A stretch of 64,000 bases of DNA, from NCBI GenBank assembly GCA_036172245.1, contig JAYWIR010000001.1, positions 3,100,001 to 3,164,000 of the forward strand. The letters are read 5' to 3'. Origin of the DNA: Raillietiella orientalis. Its lineage: Eukaryota. How positions within the stretch are numbered: position 1 is the first letter of the stretch; each line of letters starts with the position of its first letter. The translations under genes were made by a program, and so were the position numbers. This document shows, in pieces, positions 39,271 to 51,540 of this stretch. The notes beneath the pieces were generated by a model. That model had not been told where the DNA came from. It saw only the letters and a program-made list of their open reading frames with translations, and ran no database searches.

Positions 39271-39978
39271 TCGCCTCGCCGGCCGCTTTCGCTGCGGCCT
39301 CCGCGCGACGTGGTACCGAGCGTCGCAGGTTCGAATCCCACTCGGGGAAGGATCGACGCCGAGAAATGGGGGAGGGGGGACGTCGTGGGTTTCGAGTGCC
39401 TTCCGCAGGATGACGCGAGTTGGCCTGTCGGCTTCGGACAGGGCACTGATGAGAGCCGGAAGCCCCCGTTGACTGGCCGGGATTGTAAGTTGATCCTCCG
39501 GGGTCCTTCCAGGAATCAAGGAGCTCCTGTTGTGAAAAGGGAGCCGTACCATGGAGCTGGTTGATATACTTTTGGGGATTGCCTCTCCAGAGTGTAAGAA
39601 GCGTACTGCTCTCTTCAGGGAGCGTCCTCCAGAGAAATTGGGAAGCGTCCCTTTGTGGGGTTCTCTTCAAAGGAGGAAAAACAACGAGCAGTTTCCTACC
39701 GTGTTCTCTCCGGAGAAGAAATGAGGATTGTCCCCCTCCCGAGACAACCAGGCGGGGTTCCCTTCGGGGTTCTTCTACCAAACGTAAGAGTGACGGGCTC
39801 CTTCCTCCGGAACCTCCCTGGATCCATGGGGTGACCTCTCTCCTGGGCTGCCCCCTAACTGAAAGACTCACACACACCCTCGGGTGGCGTAGACGCCGCT
39901 CAAAAGCTTGGAGACCTCTTCCTGTAGGGAGGCGAATGGGTCTTCAGTACTCCTTAAGAACCCAAAAAGAAGGATTTC
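39271..39978 (+). mobile_element. SINE copy S6 (second subfamily)
   Basis: Head gcaggttcgaatcccactcgggg, shared ccaggaatcaagga and hairpin units. Tail ends after gaaggatttc. Confidence 0.9.
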
Positions 39979-41054
39979 TCGCGTGTTGCTTGAGAGGTCG
40001 GCGGCAGTTGAAGATCGCGGCGACGGAGAGCATCCACATCGGGAAGCAGGGCGTAACGGGGCATCAACGGTCATACCACGTCCTGGTCTTCGCACTGCTC
40101 CGGATCCTGAGCAACGCTCTTTTTTTTGTTTGATTTCCTTCCCTTCACTCCCTCTTCCCCCTTCTCTCTCTCCCATCCAGCGGTCCCAGCGCGAGAAGAG
40201 CAGACCTCCACCTGACGCGGTCGCCGGCTGCTGGTGAAGGGAGACAGGCAGGGAGGAGCAATCCCACGCGGGGGGAGCTCCGCTGACCCATAGGAGCCTC
40301 GCAGTGCACTTTTCGCGCCCAGGCAACGGAAACACCCCAGAAAAGGAAACGGAAGGAACCGCGGGCGGGCATCCGGAGCGCGTGCGACCCTCAGCACGCG
40401 GGAGCACACGGGTCCGCTTGAGGGGAGCGGGGGGGAGTCCGTTCGTCCGTTCACGCGCTCCTTTTCCCCTGCAGTCGCTCCGGGAAGACCTGACGGAGGG
40501 CCCCAAGAAGCTGGGAAGCCGTCCGTCTGGAGGAGGCGAGCGCAGGAAGGGGAAGGGGGGGAGGGACCGGGTCGCGGTGCGAGGAGCCCTGGGACGTCTG
40601 CGCGCGCAGTCCGCTGCTCCCGAAAGACGAAGCGGCGTTTCCTGAAAGCGAAAACCCCGCTGCCTGCCTTTCGCGTCTCACGGCGCACTCTGCCGCCGGA
40701 AATCCGGCGTTATCTGATGGCCACGACTTTCCTACGGCGCGTGAGATTCCAGTCTCTAGGAAACGGATGAAGGGATGCAGGGAGGGAGGAGAAAAAAAAA
40801 AAAAAAAAGGATGGAAGGAAAGAAAAGCATGGCTTGGAGATAAGGAACTGAAATCGGAAGCAAACCTGGAAAGGGGGGAGAGGTTCCTTTCCAGAGTTTC
40901 CTGGTGGAGAATTTCCTGGGAGCTGCCCTTCCCGCTGCCCTACGGAACGGGTACAAAAAAAAATTCCGAATCTTCCGGTTCGACTGGCCACCGAGCGCCG
41001 GCAGCGACAGGCGGTTGAGCCTGGCCGTTCCTCTGTCCTTGCAACAACTCCTTC

Positions 41055-41848
41055 TTATGAAAGTCCAGGGACATCTATCGTTGTTGTTGGCCTGGACTAA
41101 TGGCAACCCTCTTGGGTTTTTCCGCCCTCTCCACTTTCCTTCCAGTTGTTTTTTTCTTGGTTCTCAAGGAGTGCTGGAGAAACCGTTCGCCTCCCTATGA
41201 GAGGGGGGAGGGGGGAAGTTTTTTAACGCTGTTCACGCTACTCGAGGGACTCTTCCGGTTAGGGGGGCATCCCGGGGGGAGGCCACCCCATGGATCCAGG
41301 AAGGCTCTGGAAAAAGGAGTCCGTCCCTCTTAAGTTCGGTAGAAGAACCCCGAAGGGAACCCCGCCTGGTTGTCTCGGGAGGGGGACAATCCTCATTTCT
41401 TCTCCGGAGAGAACACGGTAGGAAACTGCTCGTTGTTTTTCCTCCTTTGAAGAGAACCCCACAAAGGGACGCTTCCCAATTTCTCTGGAGGACGCTCCCT
41501 GAAGGGAGCAGTACGCTTCTTACACTCTGGAGAGGCAATCCCCAAAAGTATATCAACCAGCTCCATGGTACGGCTCCCTTTTCACAACAGGAGCTCCTTG
41601 ATTCCTGGAAGGACCCCGGAGGATCAACTTACAATCCCGGCCAGTCAACGGGGGCTTCCGGCTCTCATCAGTGCCCTGTCCGAAGCCGACAGGCCAACTC
41701 GCGTCATCCTGCGGAAGGCACTCGAAACCCACGACGTCCCCCCTCCCCCATTTCTCGGCGTCGATCCTTCCCCGAGTGGGATTCGAACCTGCGACGCTCG
41801 GTATCACTCGCGCAGAGGCCCGCAGTCACGCGGCTGCTAGAGCGGCCC
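41055..41848 (-). mobile_element. SINE copy S7, convergent with S6
   Basis: Reverse complement of S6. Its tail (ctggaaggaaa...ccattagtccaggccaacaacaacgat...ctggactttcataa) is homologous to the S2 tail. Confidence 0.9.
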
Positions 41849-41849
41849 A

Positions 41850-42125
41850 TGTGGCCACGGTCCCGTCACCCCCTCCTAGGACACAATCGCCAGCGCCATT
41901 TGCTCCTTAGGGGGGGAAGACGGGAGACTCCCGTCAGGGATCACGTTCCATCCATGCTGGGACAGCATCTTGCTGCGCGCCAAGGTGGCCGTGCGGGAGC
42001 AAGGAAACGGAGACCTGGTTGCCTGAAGCCCTATCTCCCTCATCGAACGAGACTCCGCACCTTTTTTCTTGTCGGAGACCAGCACTCCCTGTGCGTTGAC
42101 ACCCGAAAGCAGCAGGTTCGAAGCC
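41850..42125 (+). pseudogene. Possible decayed non-LTR reverse transcriptase N-terminal fragment
   Basis: GITFHPCWDSILLRAKV...GNGDLVA*SPISLIERD resembles the W....I..I.K...RPISL...D motif of LINE RTs. Confidence 0.35.
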
Positions 42126-42130
42126 CCTAG

Positions 42131-42500
42131 CTATCCTTTGTTTCTCTCGATCAGATCCCGTAGGGAACCATCGGGGGTCTCTCCAGGAATGTTTCCACCC
42201 AGGAACGAACTTGACCTGCTTGCCAGGTGACCTTTTTCCTTTTCGGAATCATCTGAGTTACGTGTGCATACCCGAATTCTTCTCTCATCCTCTTTCACGC
42301 CTCCGCTAGACGGAAGAGCATGAAGGACTTGAATGGAAGCAAAAGCCGAAGGCGGATTCTCTGAATCCCCACAGGGAGCACATTCCCTTGGCTGCTTAGC
42401 AATGGGAAGATCAAGGGTTGCGTGTCTTCCTCGCTGCAAGATCTCTCCTCCCTGTTGTTGCCTCTTGTCTTGTCCTCCCACGTGGAAATCCACGGCTTTT
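42131..42500 (-). pseudogene. Possible decayed LINE APE-type endonuclease N-terminus
   Basis: ISTWEDKTRGNN...NVLPVGIQRIRL...GGV...EKGHL loosely follows the TWN.RG / LQE / GV / GR motif order. Frameshifted. Confidence 0.2.
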
Positions 42501-44184
42501 CGAGAGGAGGGGCCACCGGCGAGTGGGAGAGGGGGGGGGGAGAAGGAGCTCGGCGTGCTGTTGGAGGCCTCCCATTGTCTTCCAAAAGTGATCTGGGTGC
42601 CTCAGAGGAACATCTCGCTGCTCCCGGGGGGAAGGGGAGTACGGTGGGGATAATTAAGGGGTGGCAAAGACCAGGCCTGGCTGACGAGGAGGAGAGCGAG
42701 GGAGAAAGAAGAAATTCGGTGGCTCGAGCCGGTGGTGGCGTGAGGTTGACGTTGGCGTAGGTCCTTCTGGAAGTTGAGACCCGGGAAGGGGGAAAAGGAG
42801 AACCGTACTTTCTGTTTCCTCGTGCTTCCCCCAGTAGATGAGGACAACGGATAAGGGGCCTGGTAAGTGTCGACGCGTGTCGGTTTTGTTTGGCAGAGAT
42901 GGTCCTCAGAGGAGAGTTTGTTCAACGCTCAGGAAGAATACGGAAGAAAAGCACCTCCCACACTCACTTACTTCCGGACCCTCGGACATTTGTTTCAGCC
43001 ACCTCCGGTTCCAAAGGTCACGAGAGAATCCGCGTCTCCTAAGAAAGATGGAGACTCCGATTTTCGGCGACGCAGTGTAAGACGCGAGCGCGGACCGGAC
43101 GTCCCATTCGGTTCCTCAACTGCCGGGACGTGTTCTTCCGGTGCTTCTCTGGGAAGACGCTCTTCGTGTCTCCCGGGACACACTCGTGTTCCTGGAGACT
43201 GAGCTTGCGGACTGCAAACCGTCCGGGATGGTGCGTCGCGCCTTGCGGGACGGAATTGCAAGAACCCTGGTACCCTGCCTGCCCGCTGCGCTCATGCGCC
43301 TGGACTCCAAATCCCCCCACCCGCCCATCCGCGAATGGCGCGAAACGCATTGCGCTCCAGGAGAACCGAAGCTCCCCGATGTTCTGCGACTGATCCCCGC
43401 CGACGTGGTGCGGCTTGCGGACTGTTCCGAACGCGCGTGTGCTTCGCGTGTTGTGTCGTGACGTAATGGGAGGAGGTGTCGGGTGGAAGGAAGCCGTAGC
43501 AAACTCTCGTCGCAGTATCAGGGAGCCCAGTCGGCTAACAGTTTCCGGGAGCAGTGGCAGCGTGCAGCTCCAAATGAGACCCAGACCTGTGTGTTCGAAA
43601 GCGATTCCGAGAGATGAAAGAAAGTTCATCTTCTCAGAGCACGGAGAGGATGAGCCGCTAGTCTCCTCCCAAGGTCTGCTGCCTTCGCCGCTTGATGCTA
43701 AAGAATTTCTCGCGCCAGTTCCTCCTCTTCGGCCTCTCTCTGGGCCTCTCGGCGGGAACAAAGCAGAGCTCCCGAAACATCTGAAGTTACAAGATCTCTT
43801 CGACCTAGTCTGAAGAAAGACATGCCTCGGAGTTCGTAGCACTTTGTAGCTGAAGGACGATTTCTCTCCCCCCTCGGATCACATGCTTCTCATTTTTGTG
43901 TTTCATACGGGGAGCAGCCTCAAGACTTCCTGTTGTGAACTCTCGAGTGCAGACGGCGATCTGAGCACACTTCCTTTGTCAACAGGGTGCTGAATTTGGA
44001 TGAAAGTTTTTAAAGCAAAAATCTCGGTGCGGTCATTTAAAAAAAAAAAAAAAAATCAATAGTTAATGGACAAATTCAAGCCTTTGATACCTCAGTTTGA
44101 GCGGGAAAGAGGGGAAGGTGAAGAATATTTGGCAGACTGTGGCATCGTGACGTCCAGCTGCTCTTAGGTTACGACCCGATGTGG

Positions 44185-46670
44185 TTTTTCAGTCGGTCAC
44201 GCCAGGAAGTTCATTTAGAAAAATTCACAAGTCGGGAACGCAGTTGCAAAAGCAAAAACAACAGCATTGAGAGGTTCATGACACGTAGGTCGGCTACTGG
44301 GACAGTCCGGGAGGAGAGGGAGGGTTGCAATAAATAAATAAGAGGGAGGATTGGAACAGGGATCTTTGCGGCAGCTGATCCTTCTCGCTAAGAAATAGAT
44401 CAAAGTGCATACCCTGGAGATTTCTTCTTGCAGGTGAGGTCACCTCGTAGCCGTCCTCATCAAGGAAGCTGCCGTTCGGATGGCCTCCTTCCTTCGCTGC
44501 AAAGGACACTCCATGACAGTGCGGGCTGAGACGACGGCCGCAGATGCAGCATCTCTTTGCAATCACGGTATCCATCTTGCGGCTTTCCTCTCCGCTGTGT
44601 CGCTGTTCTGGTGAGAGCGAACACGTGGATTTGTTACCGCCCTGCGAACACTCCACCCTGTCGGCAGGAGAAAGTGAGAACGTGGACCCAGCTCACCCGG
44701 ACCCCAACGGAAGTTACCCGCTACCTAGAATTTCAGAAGACGGCGGAAGAACGTTGGAGGCGGTGGGTAGTGAGCTGACTATGCTGGCCTACCCATTAGT
44801 CACCCCCTTCGCCGCAGCTGTACCCTCCTCTATCGAGGTACATGGCACCTGCCTACCGGCAAAGTGGGAGGTTTCCTGCGGGATCTCGGCCCTCAGGAAG
44901 CCTATTGGTGGCTGGATACCGCGTGAGCTGGCTGACGCGGCAACAGCAAGAACCGCCTTTAAAGGACTGGAACGTTGGGGCGATCTCTTCTCCATTCAGC
45001 CCGAAGAGTTAAAAGTGCTCCCGGGTTTACGGACAGAAAGGTCCTTCCCCTCAAGTGGCAGCAATCGGTGCTGCTGACACTGCTCTGGGGTCTCCCGTGC
45101 AATGCGCGCCGGCAGCACTGGACGAGGAGAAGCGAATCGCCGAACTGTGCCAGTGTGAGGAGAAGGAGACTTTCCCTCACCTCTTAGTACAGTGCATGGC
45201 ACTCCGGAACATGTGGGAACGTTCTTCTGAGTCCCTTCCGCACACCGTGGATGATCCCAGAGACTCTTTGGGGTCACTCTTCGTGCGGGACTCCATTATG
45301 TCCGCAGCCGCAATCGCAGCGCTGTGCTGCGCGCGCGGTGTCGTCGCGGCGAAGTGCAACTCCGAGAGAGGCCGAAGCGACGGGGAGGCTGTCCCGCCTG
45401 CCATCCGCTTCCTGCAGATAGCTTGGAAATGGCCCCACCTGGAAAGGGAGAATGAGGAGCTCTCCAGCATCCTTCAACGGATGCAGAGACCCCATCCACC
45501 ACGAAATGTGATCCCTTCCCTTCCCCCCAACTAATTTTTGCTTTTTTTTTTTGTTTGTTTGTTATAGTTTGTTTTCATTTTCTATTTTTGTTTTATCCCT
45601 CTTCCCCTTCGTGGACGTGATGGACCTCTCCGCCTCCCCATCTTTCTAGTATAACAATTTGAATTGGTGGGTCATCGGCTCCATCTATTCCTGTAAGAGA
45701 ATAAATGTCCCGGCTCACGCGGGTGTGAAATCACGGTGCCTGCCTAACGAGTCGGCCGCGCCCGCGAAGAATCGCCGCAGAGAGTCCTTGGAGATGTTCT
45801 CCGGAAGCAGGAGCTCTACCACAGTTCTTAAAGGGCATCGCGGTCCAGCCCTAAGCAGTTCGGAGACGGCTCTCCTCCACAAACGAGACGCCGTCGCTGA
45901 TGGCACCGGAGGCCCCAGTGCAGAAACAGCGGAACATCCCGTTTCCAGCGTGACGGGAGAACGCAAGTGTGCATGCACAAGGGAGGAACCACAAGTTCTT
46001 CGAGGGCCACGCGCAAAAGCTCGCTCCGATGAAGCGGTCCCTTCGCCCGCGAACGAGGAACGTCGTCGTCCACCAGCTCGCGCGTCGTCCAGCCGTCCAA
46101 GAGTTTTCTTGCCCGTAACTCGTGCAAGAGAATTCTTACCCCACCGGTTGGCGACCGTCGCTGTTTGCCCTTAGGACAGACAGCGCTGCGGCAAGGGGTA
46201 TGGTGAACGGGCGGGCTCACTTCGTCGAGTCCTGAAAGACATCTCCCAGTGGGAGGGTTTAGCAGATACCGCAGGGAACGGAGTTCGTTCGGGTGCATTT
46301 CCAAAGTGGACGCCTCGGGACCGGACGCCATGCATTCCAGGTGTTGGGGCGACAAGAGTGGGCTTCCCAAAGCGAGGCCAGTTGCCTCAGCGGGAGGGCA
46401 GACCCACTCATCCTGCCGCATCGTTTGCGTGACAGCAACGGTAGGAGTTGCCGACGCAGCGCCGAAGGATGAAGCGTGCAGAAGTGCAGACCACAGCGAG
46501 GTCCACAATTGGGCACAGAGTGCCAGCTGCACCTCCAGTACGCTCTCTTCCCGAGTCAGGATGCTCGAGCCTGCATCCCGACGCGGTGTCACCAGGTCTT
46601 TCAGGAAACGTTGCAGCTCCCTGCAGGGCTTTTCCTCCGGAGGCACTGCGACCCGGATCTTCGCCGAATA
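44185..46670 (-). mobile_element. Older-subfamily LINE ORF2 end (L8), interrupted by L7
   Basis: ORF 45828-46823 ends GWTTRELVD...EELVVPPLCMHTCVLP..W...LFLHWGLRC...PNC. Resumes left of L7 with DTVIAKRCC and aggtgacctcacctgcaagaagaa (24 nt identical to L3). Terminus aatgaacttcctggcgtgaccgactgaaaaa at 44185-44215. Confidence 0.82.
44570..45728 (+). mobile_element. Younger-subfamily LINE 3' end (L7), antisense inside L8
   Basis: CGFPLRCVAVLVRANTWI..., RWGDLFSIQPEE..., CEEKETFPHLLVQC...ELSSILQRMQR. AATAAA at 45700 followed by a hairpin. TSD AATCACGGT at 44561-44569 and 45729-45737. Very similar to L4. Confidence 0.9.
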
Positions 46671-49600
46671 GAGAGGCGGGCAAGAAAAAAAAAACAAGGG
46701 ATGAAGAGGAGGGGCGGATGGTGACCCACTCCGGCAAGACGAACCCGCCGTCGAGGAACGAGCCTGAAGGAAGGAGGAACGACCGCGCTTCTGCAACGCA
46801 GAAGTCTCCGAACGGAACGCCATGGCACTTGAAGTACCAACCCATGGGGATCCTTAGGCGGACCCAGTCGAACTCGATGGAGTTGGCATCCCAGGTATTT
46901 CTACCTCGAGTTCCTTGGCTCTATTATTTCCTTGATCAAATTCATCCGAATCATAGGAGAGGACATACTTCATGTGAGTGTAGGATGAATAGTTCGGCAT
47001 CTTTCACTTTGTCCTGGATATGGTCCGGGGAATGCAATGAGAAATAAGGAGGAAGCAGTGCTATCGAACCAGGTATGTCCTTCGAAGTAGAAAAGATCCT
47101 AAGATGATGAAGTGGACATCCAAAGGTTGCAGTTAGAAAGTATCCCTGATAAAAGTACGTGTGAAATGGCAAATCTCCTAACTCACAGAAGGGAAATGGC
47201 GTCATCAAAACAGATGTCGAAAAGTATTCTGCTCGACGCTCTCCATACAAAAAGGGTAAGTGAAATAAAAGAAAATAAAAGAAAAGAAAGATCTGTTCCC
47301 CGAGGTGAGATGCATTTTCCGAGACTTGATGCTTTTACAAGCCGAGTGAGATACTCCTTGAAACAGCTACAAGAAACCATGGGGCAACTCGATAAGCACG
47401 GCATCTAACGGAACGTTCCCTCAAAGATGCTCCACTAGAGTTTTCTTGACACAGGCTTTTACCAGGTGAGACCAGTCCCCACTAATGAATGAGTTGCGTA
47501 TTCTTTTCGGAGCCATTCATCTTTCAGTTCTCTAAAAGACAAACGGTTCCGAAAGAATTCTCAAGACAACTTTCTTGAGCAGCGAAAGGCAATCTGTAAA
47601 CCAAATCTTTCGTAAACCTGTCAACGGGATTCTTTAGACGTGTGCACTGATCGCCATGTACTTCTCGGCTTGCTATGTGATTCAAGAGATAAGCTCAAGA
47701 CGTCTAAAGGGTAAAGTCTTCCTTTTTCTGCTGAGGGTGAACACAAAACCACGCCGCTTCCCTTGTTTTTGAAGCAAATCTTCTTCCAAAAGTGATTGGC
47801 GCAAGTGTGCAGAGCGTGTCAGAGTGAACGTGTGATATACGGAAATCAGGAAGCCACCGATCACTTGCCAAAATTTCGTGGAAGCATGGCTTCCCATCAT
47901 CACATCAAAAGTGACAAAAAGATCAGCAGTGAACGGTTTTAATAACATAGGTTATTAAAGCAAGGTCCTCGGTGCAATCACAGGACTCTGCAAAAAATTC
48001 GAAAGTCCTGGAGCTAAAATTTCACTCCAGTGAGCTCATGGGCGGTCCCCGAGGGACAGGGCACGGAAGGATCTGAAACCGCTCACGGGCCGATTTTTTC
48101 AAATCCACAAACTCGTGCAGAGTTTTGAAAAAGATTTAGCCAGGTACCTCGCTCTGGATGCCAACAACGCCACACGATGCACACACTCATGACACACTGA
48201 CCAGATGAGCAGGCACACTTTCGTCCCCTTCCACTTCCGGCTAGGAAAAGGAACTGCTGGGCTCCCTCCTCCTAGCCAGAAGTGGAATTTGCCAAGGAGC
48301 TATCCTGACGCGAAGCCTTTGGGCCTACTCGGGTTAGGGTGGATCGAGAGGAGAAAAAGCTCGGACGAGCAGCACTCCTTCCCCTGGCCACGGCAATCGG
48401 GAGGGCATTCAGATTCGAGTGCCAAGTGTGACCTTTGAGCGATGGGAACCACGAGGCGCTTGCGGCTCTCAAAGAGAAGCTTCCTCAAGCAGAAAAGACC
48501 TTCCATGATCGTGCTGCTTGGGACACCTGCCTTTCTCGTGTTCTTCAGCCTCTAAAACGGTAAGATTAGCTTATGTGGAAACCGAAAAGAATTATGTGAA
48601 TCATCGTTGTCGCATGCCGAGAGGTCCGTGACTCATTTGACCTCAGCAAGCTATAGTTACAGTACACAATTAACGGGGGTTGTGTCTTGGCACTCGGAAC
48701 AGTCTTCCTGGCTGGCACCACACGACCTCACCTACTCACTTTTCTCTTCGAGTTGAAGTCTTTTTCCGCCCGCAGCGAACGACTATCCGGTCAAGAAAAT
48801 CCCTGCGATCCAGTTTTTGCACACTTCCGCCAGAGGGAAACGTACATGGCACATGCTATCTGTCCGGTCTTTTCCTTTTCATGCATCGCCTGCGAGATCT
48901 TTGACGAGAGATGCCGTCCAAGCAAGCCTTCAAGCGGAGCTGTCCAAGCAAAGTTGAGGAATGCGCGCACCTATCAGTAACCTCTTCTTGCTCCTTCTTG
49001 CTGACAGGACACTCAAGGCACACGAGCGCGTAACACTGGCAATCCATGGCATCAGGAGAGCTGCTTGATTCTTGCAGCTCGAGATGCAGTCAGCTCTTGA
49101 AAGCCCCTTGAGAAAATTCTGGCTCTCGTATGAGCGCCTTCCGCCCCGCGTTGGACTGCTAAGCGCATTCTGTTCCCGTATTATTGTGTTGGTGGTATTT
49201 CCCAAGGGAACAAACCTCACTGACTTGTTTTTGCACCAATGTTAACGCGGTACTTGATGTTCAGGTCGTGCCGCTTCCGGTTCACAGGTCACTATCCCGA
49301 GGAGGGCGCTGGAATTTGTGCCGGATTGCTCCAACTTGCACATCTCTGGCATTTTGCGTTCTTTCTGACTCTAAAGCAAGAAGCAGCTGCGCTGTTGCTG
49401 CTGCTGTTTCGTGACTTTTCCCAGTCACTTGCAAAAGTATCGGCTGAACAGGGCTAAGCAGGGGCACACACACTTCAACACTTTGGTCAGTAGCACAATA
49501 TTCCGTTAGACATTGAGGAAACACATCTTAAAATGATTCGGCTGCCCTTGGTCGCTGGAGGAAAATGGCCGCTTCCCTAGTGACATTTGGTGCCATTCAA

Positions 49601-49899
49601 AGAGCGTGTTCTGTGCACCCACTGTCAAGTTGCAGAAAAGTTTTCTCAGAAGGCGTTCACGCCGTTAGCTTGGCAGAGTGTACGGGGGAGAGGGGCCACC
49701 TTTTCAATTGGAAAATCTGCACCAGGATGGACTGCAAAGTCGTAATGGGAAGAGAAAAGCGGGGTGGTGGTGTGGTTGTTGCGAGAAGCTGACCAGCAGG
49801 CTCAAGAGAATGCTGAGAGCATCGAAACGAAGCCTCGGTATCTTCCTTCAGGGTGGAAAAAAGAGTGATCAAACTGCAAACTCCTCCTCCCACCGCTGA

Positions 49900-51170
49900 A
49901 TCCCCTTTTGCCAGGAGCCCGTGTTCTTAGATGAAAGAAGTTTCAGACGGAGATGTCAAAAGCTCCACCACTTGATTGGAAACGGCGTGGAACCTCGGCC
50001 AGTTTCTCGACGCCATTGAGGGATCGAGGAACCCTGAAAAAAGGACCCGAAAAGTTGGGTGCTGCTGTCAGTGCTTACCAGACAGCCTGGGAACAGTCGC
50101 CCTGAGGTCCCTTTGCATTTCGCACCCCAGCTGGAGACACTTTATCGCTCTTCGCGTAAGAAGGGTTGCTACCTTGGAGGCTCTTCCTTTCCTCGCTGAT
50201 CTTGGCAATTGCTGCTGCTCACAAGCGTCAGGAGGTGGCTACTGGAATGTGAGCGTTCAATTGAGAGGATGCTTGGACGGCCATCTCCCATCCCTGCTGT
50301 GTCCAAGAGGAACGTGCGCTTTCGCCGTCGGCTATTCGCACTTGCCGGCATACCACGGAGAAAAGAGACGGCCGCTCTTTCGCTCAAGTGCCTGCAGCAG
50401 TTGCCGCTCTGGTGGACGATGACCGTACCACCCTCTAGACCACTGTCTAGGAGGTGGTACGATGGTGACCCTATGTCTGGAGCGACAAAAATGGCGCGTT
50501 TTCTCCCGTTTTCCCAAGATCCGACTGAAAATCCTAGCTGAATTCGAAATCTCCGGTGCTCTGTCCGGTGGACTGGCAAACCAGAGCTTCCTGTTCGAGG
50601 CAGGAAACACTCTTTCGCCGGTTATGCCTCTCTCTGAGGAAGATAGTTTCGCACATTTGACCTCTTGGTGAAAATTTACAACCCATCACTCGACTATGAG
50701 GGAGCCCGTGGCGGTGATCATTGCTTGGGGCAAAGAGAACCCTGGATTCATGGTCTTAACAATCTTTTTTTTTTGTTTTCTACCATCATCATCTTTATAG
50801 ATTCAAGCTGATGTACGAGTGTTTAGGGAAAGAGGAGGTCCAATGTGCCACTCAGCTGATGGGACAAGTTCCGTAGAGGGAGTCTATGACCTGGAGCTCC
50901 CGCAGGACGATCTACTTCACGTCCTCTGGGCATACGTCTCTCCTGCTGCGTCCCCCGTAGGTCCCGGGGGGTGCAGGAGGCAGGAAAAGCGACGGAGGAA
51001 GTCCGTGGAGGATGGAGGTGCGCTGCCGCCTCTGACGGGGCGAGTGGTCGACGACGATGGCATCGCGGCAGCAGCACTGCAGCCGCCCAGCGGCCGAGGT
51101 GTCAGGGGCCGTCCAACGCCCGGGAGGAGGTTGTGGCAGGTCCACTGGCAGCCGAGTGATCGGTGATCGG
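49900..51170 (+). mobile_element. Possible highly decayed LINE post-RT region
   Basis: ALRVRRVATL near 50150 resembles L5 GLQLRRVATL, and GEWSTT near 51040 resembles the G.WTT motif of other copies. Confidence 0.3.
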
Positions 51171-51540
51171 GAGACCCTCCTCCTCTTACCAGTAGCCCCC
51201 TGACGTCGAATTTTTGCCGGCGGATTTTCGAGTGTCAGGAATGTGGAACTTGCAGATAACTTCTGCTTCCAACCTCGAGAAGGAAACGAACGCCGTCGTT
51301 CATCCTGCTGACCCAGTGCGAACGCGCGTACATGAGAAACAAAAATGTGCCTAGGGGTGTTTGCATGTCGATATACGGACAGAAAGCCCTTTTTCGCCAG
51401 TGCTGCTGACCTCTGCAAAGAACAGGACCGAAAGGTATCTGAGGATTGCGAAACCCCGTTTGAAGAGCAGGACGTTTCTATTTGTATTCGACAGGAAAAT
51501 TCCCCTCCTGTCGAAGGCACGGTGCATCGAAGCAGAACAA

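Noticed and set aside
39425-39480. Hammerhead ribozyme suggested by CTGATGAG after a hairpin in S6/S7
   Set aside because: No stem II plus GAAA core follows, and CTGATGA is not conserved in S2, S3, S4 or S5.
38272-39552. 426-aa minus-strand ORF and other long Arg/Pro-rich ORFs as genes
   Set aside because: It starts inside SINE S6 and crosses a microsatellite. The composition is that of chance ORFs in GC-rich DNA.
34480-46670. One large palindromic duplication centred near 40.4 kb (L3/L4...S6 | S7...L7/L8)
   Set aside because: The intervening unique sequences show no convincing homology by eye and the paired elements have very different divergences. A dot-plot should confirm this.
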